Origin: a virus
Taxonomy: Duplodnaviria; Caudoviricetes
Length of the DNA: 64,000 bases
Strand: one strand, 5' to 3'
Virus record (IMG/VR): IMGVR_UViG_2974663217_000001
Location: 5,062 to 69,061 of that record
The notes under the pieces: model-generated
What the model saw: only the letters and a program-made list of their open reading frames with translations
Databases searched by the model: none
Told to the model about the DNA's origin: nothing
In this document: positions 1 through 7,815 of the stretch, piece by piece
Position numbering within the stretch: the first letter of the stretch is position 1
How the letters are laid out: the number at the start of each line of letters is the position of its first letter
Made by a program: the position numbers and the translations under genes

Positions 1-1104
1 AACGGGGGCTATGACGGGTGCGAGGGTGGGCTGCGTTGCCGTGGCACGTTGGTGTTCATGTATGACGAACCGGCCATGCCCCGGGACGATCCCAACCCCG
101 AGCCGTTGCCTCCGATTCCCCCGGCCCCGGAACCCAAGACCCCGGCAAAACCGAGGACCAGGAAAGAGGCGTTGGCGAAAGAACGCGCCGATAAGGAAGC
201 TGCGGAACCCTCCACGCCGGGGATGCCCCCGCAGCCCACCGGCACGCCCCCGAAACGGCGCAAGGGGCAGACTCAGCGCTACACCGCCATTGACCAGCTA
301 CCCGTGGACCATGAGCTTGCCCGGGACACGCCCATGCTTGTGGCGGCCAAGACCAACCCCGGCCATGACAAGAGCTATCGCACCAAGGTTTACAACAATA
401 ATTGCACCAGCGTGGCCAACGCCTACGAGTTCCAGCGGCGAGGGTATGACGTGAAAGCCGGCCCCGTCCCGGGCGGCAAGGGCAGGTTTGAACAAGAGTA
501 TGTGGAGCGCTGGTGGCGGGACGCTGACGGCGCCCCCGTCCGCTACACCCGGGTGGTGGACCTCCCGGAACCCAAGGGCAGGTTCACAAGTCACGGGCGG
601 GTTCGTGCGCAGCTTGCCGAGTGGGGCGCGGACTTGCCGGACGGCGCCCGTGGCTTCATTCAGTTGCATTGGACCAGCGGCGGCGGCCACGTCTTCAACT
701 GGGAGAAAGTGGGCGGCTCGATCACCTACCTAGAGGGCCAGAACGGGACGTGGGACGCGTCCGGGCACCTCGCTGACGGGAAGTTCCGCACCTCCACGGT
801 CAAGATTGTGCGCATGGACGATAAGACGCCCTTGGATATCGTCACGCAAGCATTCGAGAACCGCACCCCGGAATATCTGGCCGAGGTCAGCGGCGCCACG
901 GGCGTGGCCGGGGCTGCCCTGACCAGTGCCGAGAAAAAGGCCAAGTCAAAGTTCCGGATACGCAACGGTGTGGAGATTATCGCCCCGGAATTCCGGAAGA
1001 ACGCCAAGGGGCGGTGGGAACCAATCCCCGAGGAAGAACGCAAGGCCATGCTGGAAGAGTTCTATCGGGAGAACCCCCGGTGGAAACCTTTTGGGCGAGG
1101 CTAA
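1..1104 (+). CDS. MuF-like minor head protein (5' partial) with C-terminal papain-fold toxin domain (Tox-PL / glutamine deamidase-like)
   Basis: Frame is open from base 1 (NGGYDGCEGGLRCRGTLVF, a MuF C-terminal CxGGxRCRG motif). A Pro-rich linker follows, then NNNCTSVANAYEFQRRGYDVKA...RGFIQLHWTSGGGHVFNW...YLEGQ (Cys 403-405, His 688-690, Gln 739-741). Confidence 0.8.
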   Translation, partial: NGGYDGCEGGLRCRGTLVFMYDEPAMPRDDPNPEPLPPIPPAPEPKTPAKPRTRKEALAKERADKEAAEPSTPGMPPQPTGTPPKRRKGQTQRYTAIDQLPVDHELARDTPMLVAAKTNPGHDKSYRTKVYNNNCTSVANAYEFQRRGYDVKAGPVPGGKGRFEQEYVERWWRDADGAPVRYTRVVDLPEPKGRFTSHGRVRAQLAEWGADLPDGARGFIQLHWTSGGGHVFNWEKVGGSITYLEGQNGTWDASGHLADGKFRTSTVKIVRMDDKTPLDIVTQAFENRTPEYLAEVSGATGVAGAALTSAEKKAKSKFRIRNGVEIIAPEFRKNAKGRWEPIPEEERKAMLEEFYRENPRWKPFGRG

Positions 1105-1134
1105 AACAGGCACGCAAAGGCGGAAAATCAGGGT
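1103..1134 (+). promoter_or_regulatory. Class I phage promoter (AAAACAGGCAC box), leaderless, for the immunity-like gene
   Basis: AAAACAGGCAC at 1103-1113, 10 nt, AAAAT, 6 nt, ATG at 1135. Same spacing in 10 copies. Confidence 0.75.
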
Positions 1135-1440
1135 ATGACTACAACATTTGAGGAAGCACGCGCCATAGTCCTGGAACAGAACCGTGAGGGCTGGGAGGAA
1201 GACCACGAGGGCACCTTTACGGTGGCCGCCTACGGGTGGGAGGACGACGCCGGGTTCCTTGTGGTTCAGGGCGCCCATGAATGGCTGGTCGACGGTGACG
1301 AAACCTACAGCGTGATGGACGCCCCCGCCGTGTTCGTGTCCAAGGACGACGGAACAATCCTCGAGGCCGATTATCTGGACGTGGCCGACAGGATAGCGGC
1401 CATGACGCCCGTCCCCGGCCACGAGTACACCGAGGACTAA
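1135..1440 (+). CDS. Acidic protein, candidate immunity protein (Imm35/YrhB-like) for the MuF toxin
   Basis: Directly after the toxin ORF and very acidic. N-terminal TFEEARAIV and C-terminal PAVFVSKDDGTI resemble YrhB/Imm35 patterns (by eye, no HMM run). Confidence 0.55.
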   Translation: MTTTFEEARAIVLEQNREGWEEDHEGTFTVAAYGWEDDAGFLVVQGAHEWLVDGDETYSVMDAPAVFVSKDDGTILEADYLDVADRIAAMTPVPGHEYTED

Positions 1441-1451
1441 GCCAGCACCCC

Positions 1452-1490
1452 AAAGCGCCCCGCAGCCAACCCGGCTGTGGGGCGCTTTTC
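1452..1490 (+). terminator. Intrinsic terminator
   Basis: 16-bp stem AAAGCGCCCCGCAGCC / GGCTGTGGGGCGCTTT followed by T. Confidence 0.8.
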
Positions 1491-1505
1491 TGTGACATGG
1501 GCGCC

Positions 1506-1546
1506 CGTCCCACAGTCCCGGCTACACGGTGGGCATTATCGGGGCA
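1506..1546 (+). promoter_or_regulatory. Class II (late-type) promoter
   Basis: CGTCCCACAG at 1506, CATTAT at 1534-1539, predicted start site A1546, exactly 40 nt after the box start. Confidence 0.65.
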
Positions 1547-1577
1547 TCCGAGGTTACTACAAGCAGGAGGTGGGGCA

Positions 1578-1841
1578 ATGCCCATCAAGCGAGGTGCAAA
1601 CGGGCGGTTCGTGGCCAACGGTGGGCGTGTTTCCGCCAAGGGCAAGGGCGCGGCTAAGGCGTCCGGCAAATCCGGCGGTTCCGCTGCTGCGCTGGCCAAG
1701 CGCGGCGTGGACCACATTCTTGCGCGCAAGGCCGCCGACGCCAAAAAGAAAAAGCCAACACGGGCACAGGCCCGGGCTGCCGCGTTGAAGAACGCGCAAG
1801 CCAAGATGCTGGCACAAGCCAACGCCAAGAACAAGCGGTAA
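1578..1841 (+). CDS. Small Lys/Arg/Ala-rich basic protein 1 (87 aa)
   Basis: RBS AGGAGG before ATG 1578. Begins MPIKRGANGRF; about 23 K/R versus 2 acidic residues. Confidence 0.8.
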   Translation: MPIKRGANGRFVANGGRVSAKGKGAAKASGKSGGSAAALAKRGVDHILARKAADAKKKKPTRAQARAAALKNAQAKMLAQANAKNKR

Positions 1842-1853
1842 GGAAGAAAGAGA

Positions 1854-2312
1854 ATGCCAGTTAGGCGAGATTCAAACGGACGGTTCGCCGGCAGCGGGGG
1901 CGGCTCTAAGCGCGCTTCCAGGGCGGCCAAGAAAATGGGCGCCGTAAAGCCGCGTTCGTCAAGCACTGGCCAGAATGCTGGCGCTGCCCTTTCCAAGGTT
2001 GCCGGCAAGGGGCGTGTGGGGCAGACGGCAAGCAAGATTGTGCGCACGCAGGGCGCCGCCAATAAGGCTGCACCCGCTAACTTCGACCGTGCCGCCCGTG
2101 ATCAGGCCATGGCCAAGCGCATGAACATGAACAAGAAAGCCGGTTTGGCTGGTGCTGCTTCCAAGAAAGCCAGCCTCACCCGCAGCCCGGACAAGCTGAA
2201 AGGCGGCCTCAAAAAGGCTGCTGCCGTCGCTGGCCGGGACGGAATCAAGGCCGAGGGGCTGAGGGCTACAACGGATAGCCGCGCCTACCGGCGCAAGCGG
2301 TCAAGGAAGTAG
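1854..2312 (+). CDS. Lys/Arg/Ala-rich basic protein 2
   Basis: Begins MPVRRDSNGRF; purine-rich RBS; paralog of its neighbours. Confidence 0.8.
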   Translation: MPVRRDSNGRFAGSGGGSKRASRAAKKMGAVKPRSSSTGQNAGAALSKVAGKGRVGQTASKIVRTQGAANKAAPANFDRAARDQAMAKRMNMNKKAGLAGAASKKASLTRSPDKLKGGLKKAAAVAGRDGIKAEGLRATTDSRAYRRKRSRK

Positions 2313-2321
2313 GGGAAAGCC

Positions 2322-2705
2322 ATGCCAGTGAAACGGGACGCTAACGGGCGGTTCACGTCCAGCGGGGGCACCAAGGTGGGCAGCCGTTCGGCCAAGCTCG
2401 CCAAGGTCAAGAAACACAAGACCGCTGTCCAGAACAACAAAAACGCCCAGCACAACCTCGCGCAGGTCCGCAAAAAGGCCGAAAAGGCCGATGATTTGGC
2501 GTGGCGCAAGGGTGACAAGGCAGCCATGGCCAAGACCGAGGCGCACCTCGCCAAGGTTGGCAAGGGCATGGACAAGCTGCTGGACAAGCAAAAGGCGCTT
2601 GGCCAGAAATCCAAGACGGGTGGCCGCAAGCTTGTGCCTTTCAAGCCCGAGGTGGCCAACAAAAAGGCACAAGTCAAAAAGCGCCGCGCAAAGGCGGGGA
2701 AGTAG
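2322..2705 (+). CDS. Lys-rich basic protein 3
   Basis: Begins MPVKRDANGRF; RBS AGGGGAAAG. Confidence 0.8.
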   Translation: MPVKRDANGRFTSSGGTKVGSRSAKLAKVKKHKTAVQNNKNAQHNLAQVRKKAEKADDLAWRKGDKAAMAKTEAHLAKVGKGMDKLLDKQKALGQKSKTGGRKLVPFKPEVANKKAQVKKRRAKAGK

Positions 2706-2711
2706 CACACC

Positions 2712-4145
2712 ATGGCTAAATTCAAGACTGTTGAAGCGGTCCCCTTGGTCAAGACGGGCACATGGAACGGCTCCACGGGTGAAAAGTCGATTACCAAGGA
2801 AGACTTGGAAGCAATCGTGGAGGCCCACCAGTCCAACGTTCTTGACAAGGGCGTGCTAAAAAAGGGTCACCTTGACCCCCGGCATGAGAACCCCACATGG
2901 GACGGCGAACCGGCCTACGGTCAGGTGGACAACCTCCGCTTGTCTGAGGACGGCGAAACGCTGCTTGGCGACTACGTGAACGTGCCTGAAGACTTGGCCG
3001 AATCGCTGCCGTCTGCGTACCCCAACAGGTCTGCGGAAATAGCGTGGGGCGTGAAGATCAAGGACGCCGCCGGCAAGGTCAAGAAAGAATTCAAGGCCGC
3101 GCTTGCCGGGGTTGCCCTGTTGGGGCGCACCCCTCCGGCGGTCAAGGGCTTGGGTGGCCCGGTGTCGGCGTTCTCTGCCGGGGCTGTGGAGTACGAAAGC
3201 ATTGGCGTGTTCTCCATGGTGTCCCAGTTCTCGCTCCCGGGCGGGTTGACGGCCAACGCTTTGCGGGAAGCGCTGTCGACGGCGATCACGGACCAGTTCA
3301 AGGGCACCAAGGCCACGGACTCCGAATATGCCGAGTGGCCGTGGATGGTGGACTATGACGACACCAAGGCGTGGTTCCGTTCCAACGGGGGCGTGTTCCA
3401 GGTTGGCTACACGGCATCCGAGGCCGGGGAAATCACGCTGAATGACGACGTGACCGAGGTAATCGAAAAGCGTTCTTTCGTTCCCGTGCCCGACACGGCC
3501 ACCGTCCCCCAAACACAGCTTTCTGAAAAGCAAGCTACCAACGTACAGGGCGCCGAAAGCGCCACCGATGAAGCTACTAGGGAGGAACCCTCCATGTCCG
3601 AGTACCTTAAGAAGCTCCGGGACAAGCTGGGCTTGCCTGACACGGCCACGGAGGAAGAAATCCTGACCGCTGCCGCTGAGGCTGTCCCCGCCCCCGAGGC
3701 TGAGGAATCCAACACTGAGACTGACGGCACCAAGCCCGAGGTCCAGGAACAGACCAACAACAGCGCTGGAAAGCACGCCGCTGTCCCCGCTGGTGACGGC
3801 ACCCCGGAAACCGTTGTGGTTTCCAAGGCTGCTTTTTCCGAGCTCATGAACACCAGCAAGCAGAACGCCGCCGAACTGGCCGCATTCCGCGAGGAAAAGC
3901 GCAAGGAACATGTGGCCAGCCTGGTGTCCCACTTCACCGCCACTGGCAAGATTCACCCCACCGAGGTTGGTTACTTCACCAACGCGCTGGACAAGAACGA
4001 AGCCGAAACCGTCGCCCATCTTGAGGCACGCGTCGGCATCCCCGTTTCCCCTGTCGGTTCGTCCGTCGCGGAAACGGTGTCATTCGGTGAGGGCGACGAC
4101 CTTTCCCCGGCGTTCGCATTCTTCAACCTGGAAGGTGGCAAGTAA
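2712..4145 (+). CDS. Capsid maturation protease with C-terminal scaffold region (Mu gpI-like)
   Basis: VKTGTW...GHLDP...PAYG...YPNRSAEI...LAGVALLG-TPPAVKGL motifs; acidic coiled C-terminal half; lies just before decoration and capsid genes. Confidence 0.85.
   Translation: MAKFKTVEAVPLVKTGTWNGSTGEKSITKEDLEAIVEAHQSNVLDKGVLKKGHLDPRHENPTWDGEPAYGQVDNLRLSEDGETLLGDYVNVPEDLAESLPSAYPNRSAEIAWGVKIKDAAGKVKKEFKAALAGVALLGRTPPAVKGLGGPVSAFSAGAVEYESIGVFSMVSQFSLPGGLTANALREALSTAITDQFKGTKATDSEYAEWPWMVDYDDTKAWFRSNGGVFQVGYTASEAGEITLNDDVTEVIEKRSFVPVPDTATVPQTQLSEKQATNVQGAESATDEATREEPSMSEYLKKLRDKLGLPDTATEEEILTAAAEAVPAPEAEESNTETDGTKPEVQEQTNNSAGKHAAVPAGDGTPETVVVSKAAFSELMNTSKQNAAELAAFREEKRKEHVASLVSHFTATGKIHPTEVGYFTNALDKNEAETVAHLEARVGIPVSPVGSSVAETVSFGEGDDLSPAFAFFNLEGGK
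3503..3543 (+). promoter_or_regulatory. Class II promoter internal to the protease gene
   Basis: CGTCCCCCAA at 3503, CAAGCT at 3531-3536, predicted start site 3543. Confidence 0.55.
3594..4145 (+). CDS. Nested in-frame scaffolding protein (Mu gpZ-like, 183 aa)
   Basis: In-frame ATG 3594 (MSEYLKKLRDKLGL) preceded by RBS AGGGAGGAA and an internal promoter. Confidence 0.65.
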   Translation: MSEYLKKLRDKLGLPDTATEEEILTAAAEAVPAPEAEESNTETDGTKPEVQEQTNNSAGKHAAVPAGDGTPETVVVSKAAFSELMNTSKQNAAELAAFREEKRKEHVASLVSHFTATGKIHPTEVGYFTNALDKNEAETVAHLEARVGIPVSPVGSSVAETVSFGEGDDLSPAFAFFNLEGGK

Positions 4146-4148
4146 GCC

Positions 4149-4529
4149 ATGGGCAAGTACGCAAACCCTACTGATATCGTCCGCGACCCGGGCAAGAACT
4201 ACACCGCCAAGGCTGGCGCTTCCGCTGTCCGCGGCTCGCGTTTCGTGTCTTTCATTGCCGGTGGAACCCGTCAGGTGCCCAAGGCTGCTGAGGCCACGGC
4301 AACCAGCGCGATTGTGGGCGTCTCCAAGTACGACGCAGCGGCAAACGATGAATTCGGCATCATCAAGGGCGGACATGCTGGCGTAATCGCCGGCGGCGCT
4401 GTCGCTGCCGGTGACCGGGTTGTGTCCGATGCCGAGGGCCGCGCCGTCAAGGCTGCGGACGGCGCGCCGTTCGCGGGTGTTGCCTACACCGACGCCGCAC
4501 TGGGCGCCGTCGTTTACATCGACTTCTAA
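4149..4529 (+). CDS. Head decoration / capsid cement protein (DUF2190-like)
   Basis: Small Gly/Ala-rich beta protein (GVSKYDAA...GAVAAGDRVVSDAEGRAV) between protease and capsid genes. Confidence 0.75.
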   Translation: MGKYANPTDIVRDPGKNYTAKAGASAVRGSRFVSFIAGGTRQVPKAAEATATSAIVGVSKYDAAANDEFGIIKGGHAGVIAGGAVAAGDRVVSDAEGRAVKAADGAPFAGVAYTDAALGAVVYIDF

Positions 4530-4555
4530 GCCAAAGAAAGGCACGGAAAAACCAA

Positions 4556-5452
4556 ATGACAACTGTCACTTACCCGCCGCAGGGCCCCACCGTCAACGGT
4601 CACCAGATCACTGTTGACTGGGCACTGAAGAACCCTACGTTCATTTCCAAGGCCGTAAGCCTCGCCGTTCAGGGCAAGTTCATTTCTGACTACATTTTCC
4701 GCGCTGGCGACGCCGCCGCGGGTGCTGTGGTCTACGAACGCACGCTTGGCCCGAACGAGAAGTACCCGGCCAAGGGCGACGTGGAAATCGTGGAGCCCGG
4801 GGACGAATTCCCGCTGGTGGACGTTGGCGAGGTTTCCAAGGAAACCGCTATCGTTGACAAGTTCGGTGCTGCTGCGCTGGTCACCTACGAACAGGTGCGC
4901 CGCAACCAGAAGGACAAGATCACTGAGGCAATCGTCAAGATTTCCAACGCGATCCTCCGCAAGACTGACAACCGCGCCATGGCCGCCCTCGCTGCGGACC
5001 CGGACAAGCTCACCGTGGCCGCTGCTGCCCCGTGGGGCACTGGCACACCGGACCCGTTCAGCGACATTGTGGGCGCTGTCGGTGTGGGCGAGGGCCAGGA
5101 ACTCGACTACAACTTCGATACCGTCCTGATCAACCCCACGGACGCCGCCAAGCTGCTCAAGAATCGCGATATCCGCGATCAGTTGCCGCGCGAGTCCACG
5201 GTGGCCAACCCGCTGCTGTCGGGCCGTCTTGAGGGGCTGGCCGGTCTGAACTGGATTCAGACCAACCGCAAGGCCGCTGGTTCGCTCTACATTCTGCAGC
5301 GCAACATCACGGGTGTTCACGCTGAGGAACTCAGCACCTACACCCGCAACATTGACGAGGCAGCCAACGAGCGCTGGCGCGTCCAGGGTGCCCGTGTTTC
5401 GGTGCCCATCATCACCGACCCCAAGTCCCTTATCGAACTGACGGGAATTTAG
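4556..5452 (+). CDS. Major capsid protein (HK97 fold)
   Basis: Position, 298 aa, and motifs VEPGDEFP, KFG-ALVTYE, DTVLINP. Confidence 0.85.
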   Translation: MTTVTYPPQGPTVNGHQITVDWALKNPTFISKAVSLAVQGKFISDYIFRAGDAAAGAVVYERTLGPNEKYPAKGDVEIVEPGDEFPLVDVGEVSKETAIVDKFGAAALVTYEQVRRNQKDKITEAIVKISNAILRKTDNRAMAALAADPDKLTVAAAAPWGTGTPDPFSDIVGAVGVGEGQELDYNFDTVLINPTDAAKLLKNRDIRDQLPRESTVANPLLSGRLEGLAGLNWIQTNRKAAGSLYILQRNITGVHAEELSTYTRNIDEAANERWRVQGARVSVPIITDPKSLIELTGI

Positions 5453-5454
5453 TC

Positions 5455-5877
5455 ATGACTCAGCGACGCCGCAGCGCTTCCGACGCCCTCAAAGGCGCCG
5501 AGGCCAAGGAAGAAACCCAGCCCGTAATCCCGGAAGCTCCCGAGGACGAAAAGCAGGGCGCAACCGAGGCTGAGGCGGACAAGAACGCCGCTGAGTCCAA
5601 GGCCGCCGCCGCTGACCCGGAAACGGGCAGCGGCGTCGCCGCCGGCAAGGTGGAGGTTGACGGCTCTATTGACGCCGCCGCCGCGGACGAATCCGAGGAC
5701 GTAGAGGAAGACGGCGAGGAAGACGGGCTGGTTGAGGCCACCGTCGTTATCGCCCTGTTCAACTACTTTGACGAAACCGACGCGCACTGTTCCGCGACCA
5801 AGGGCACCACGGTGCATGTTGACCGCGAAACAGCCGAGCGCGGCGTGAAGCTTGGCGCTATCAAGCTCACGGACTAA
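5455..5877 (+). CDS. Acidic low-complexity head-associated protein
   Basis: Tight spacing after the capsid gene; small C-terminal domain ending AERGVKLGAI. Confidence 0.7.
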   Translation: MTQRRRSASDALKGAEAKEETQPVIPEAPEDEKQGATEAEADKNAAESKAAAADPETGSGVAAGKVEVDGSIDAAAADESEDVEEDGEEDGLVEATVVIALFNYFDETDAHCSATKGTTVHVDRETAERGVKLGAIKLTD

Positions 5878-5895
5878 GCCCGAAAGGCTCGCATA

Positions 5896-6399
5896 ATGGC
5901 TGAGGCCGCAACGTGGGGAGTCAGCGTCGATGATGTTTCGGCGCTGGCCCCCCACATTGTTATTACCAACTCCGAGGCACCCGCGCCCACGGGAACCCCG
6001 GATCCCTACAACAGCACCACAGTGCGCAAGCTCACCACCATGCAAGTGCAACAGTTCATCAATGACATAACCGCCATGGTGGACATGCGGCTGCATGAGC
6101 GCGTAAGGATCACTGACGGCGTTTTCATTGCCAAGGTGGCTGCCGCGGCCAAGGACATTGTGACTAACGGCGCGGCTTCCTATCTGGTGTCCGCTGCGTT
6201 CCCCATGAAAGCTGGGCCGAACGAAAACACCAGCTACGCGGCGGAACTGTGGAACCGCTACAAGCTGGGGCTGGAAGAACTCGAAAAGGCGCTTGCCGCG
6301 TTCATCAAGGACGGCGAGGGGCTGGCCCCCAGCACTAAGCCGTCCGGCATAACGGGGTTCTTCCCAGCTGTCCGCATCCGGGATGACATGGGGTTTTAG
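5896..6399 (+). CDS. Head-to-tail adaptor
   Basis: Synteny; helical protein with the AAxLxxAxP pattern of adaptors. Confidence 0.6.
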   Translation: MAEAATWGVSVDDVSALAPHIVITNSEAPAPTGTPDPYNSTTVRKLTTMQVQQFINDITAMVDMRLHERVRITDGVFIAKVAAAAKDIVTNGAASYLVSAAFPMKAGPNENTSYAAELWNRYKLGLEELEKALAAFIKDGEGLAPSTKPSGITGFFPAVRIRDDMGF

Positions 6400-6402
6400 C
6401 AC

Positions 6403-6873
6403 ATGAGTGCCACAATGCGCTTTGAGGGTGACGGATTCCGTTCGTTCAACCTCATGTTGCAACGCTTCCAAATCAATTTTCATGATTCGGCGCCGGTCTT
6501 TGAGGCGATAGCGGACCACCAAAAGACCGTGTGGCAGAAACAGTTCGACCAAGAGGGCGCTTACACCGGCCCGGGTACTTGGGCGGCCCTGTCGCCCAAG
6601 TACGGGGCTTGGAAGCAACGCCACTACCCGGGCAAGAAAATCCTGGAACTGTCCGGCGACTTGCGCGAGTCCCTGACTGAACGCCCCTTTGGCATTGACG
6701 AAATCAACGACACCACCATGGTTATTGGCACGGGCGTGCCATATGCCTACTGGCACCAGCACGGGACCGAAACCATGGCGGCCCGTCCGATCTTGCAAGT
6801 TCCGCCGGAACGCGACCGGCTGCAATTTGCCAAGTATCTGCAGAACTGGATTGTGAAACGGAGCGTGACCTAA
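6403..6873 (+). CDS. Virion morphogenesis / tail completion protein (Mu gpG, P2 gpS-like)
   Basis: WAALSPKY...KILELSGDLRESL...IGTGVPYAYWHQHGT--MAARP motif. Confidence 0.8.
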   Translation: MSATMRFEGDGFRSFNLMLQRFQINFHDSAPVFEAIADHQKTVWQKQFDQEGAYTGPGTWAALSPKYGAWKQRHYPGKKILELSGDLRESLTERPFGIDEINDTTMVIGTGVPYAYWHQHGTETMAARPILQVPPERDRLQFAKYLQNWIVKRSVT

Positions 6874-7491
6874 ATGTTGGGTGCTGAGGGTGTTTCCCGG
6901 GCGCTGGTTTACCGGCTGCAAGAACGCATGCCCGAGAAGCTGGCCGAGCTCCGGAACCGGCTAGGCGTGGACGGGCACGAGTTGCCGGACTTGACGGCGA
7001 TCTACCCCCACGAAATCAGCATCCGGGCCATAAACGCGTTCCCGTGCGCATCCGTCGTGGCTTATCAGACCACGGGCCGGGTGGGCAACAGGCAATTTGA
7101 GTCTGACAGCGGCTATGACGAATACAGCTACCGCTACAAAATGCGGGTCTTCCTTTGGGGCATGTCCAATGACCATGTGGCCACGGACTTGCTGCGCAAA
7201 CGGCTGGCGCTGGCAGCCCGTGAGGTGCTGCTGAATGACAAGATTTTTCATAACCAGCAAGACCAATACGCCGAAATTGACCCCCAAACGCTTTTGGAGT
7301 CCTACAGCGACGTGGGCAGCTTGGCCGAGAACCAATATCTTGGCGGGGTTTACCTTGAACTTGAGGTAGCCACCCAAGAGACTTTGGTGGCTTTCCAAGG
7401 CGTCCCGAGTGAAGAACCGCCGGTTATCACCCCGGGTATTCGTCTTGTGGCTCCGGGCGACACGCACCCCGTCCCCCAACCGGGACCGTAG
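6874..7491 (+). CDS. Tail terminator / sheath-capping protein
   Basis: Synteny before the sheath; FPCASVV and alternating beta pattern. Confidence 0.55.
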   Translation: MLGAEGVSRALVYRLQERMPEKLAELRNRLGVDGHELPDLTAIYPHEISIRAINAFPCASVVAYQTTGRVGNRQFESDSGYDEYSYRYKMRVFLWGMSNDHVATDLLRKRLALAAREVLLNDKIFHNQQDQYAEIDPQTLLESYSDVGSLAENQYLGGVYLELEVATQETLVAFQGVPSEEPPVITPGIRLVAPGDTHPVPQPGP

Positions 7492-7509
7492 TCAAATAAC
7501 CCTAGTGCC
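7470..7509 (+). promoter_or_regulatory. Class II promoter, leaderless
   Basis: CGTCCCCCAA at 7470, AACCCT at 7498-7503, ATG at 7510 exactly 40 nt after the box start. Confidence 0.65.
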
Positions 7510-7803
7510 ATGACTGAAAACGTGAGGGTTTACAACCCAAATGCATTTGAAGTGGTCATAGACCTGGAGGGGCACTCCCTTGACGGCCACACGGCCACTG
7601 ACGTGTCAAGGGACACCCTCACTGACCACCTGATTGATACCGGCCAGTTGCTCATTCAGCACCCGGCCCCGGAAGCATTGCCGGCTGCCCCGCTGCCGGT
7701 GGTGGAGGAACAACCCCCAGGTGATCCCGAGGCCACGCCCGTGGTTGAGGCACCCAAGCCCAAACAGCGGCGCACTACAACCGGCAACGGTTCTGAGAAA
7801 TAA
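7510..7803 (+). CDS. Hypothetical virion-operon protein
   Basis: ORF fills the gap before the sheath; leaderless start matches the promoter. Confidence 0.7.
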   Translation: MTENVRVYNPNAFEVVIDLEGHSLDGHTATDVSRDTLTDHLIDTGQLLIQHPAPEALPAAPLPVVEEQPPGDPEATPVVEAPKPKQRRTTTGNGSEK

Positions 7804-7815
7804 GAGGAGAGAGAA

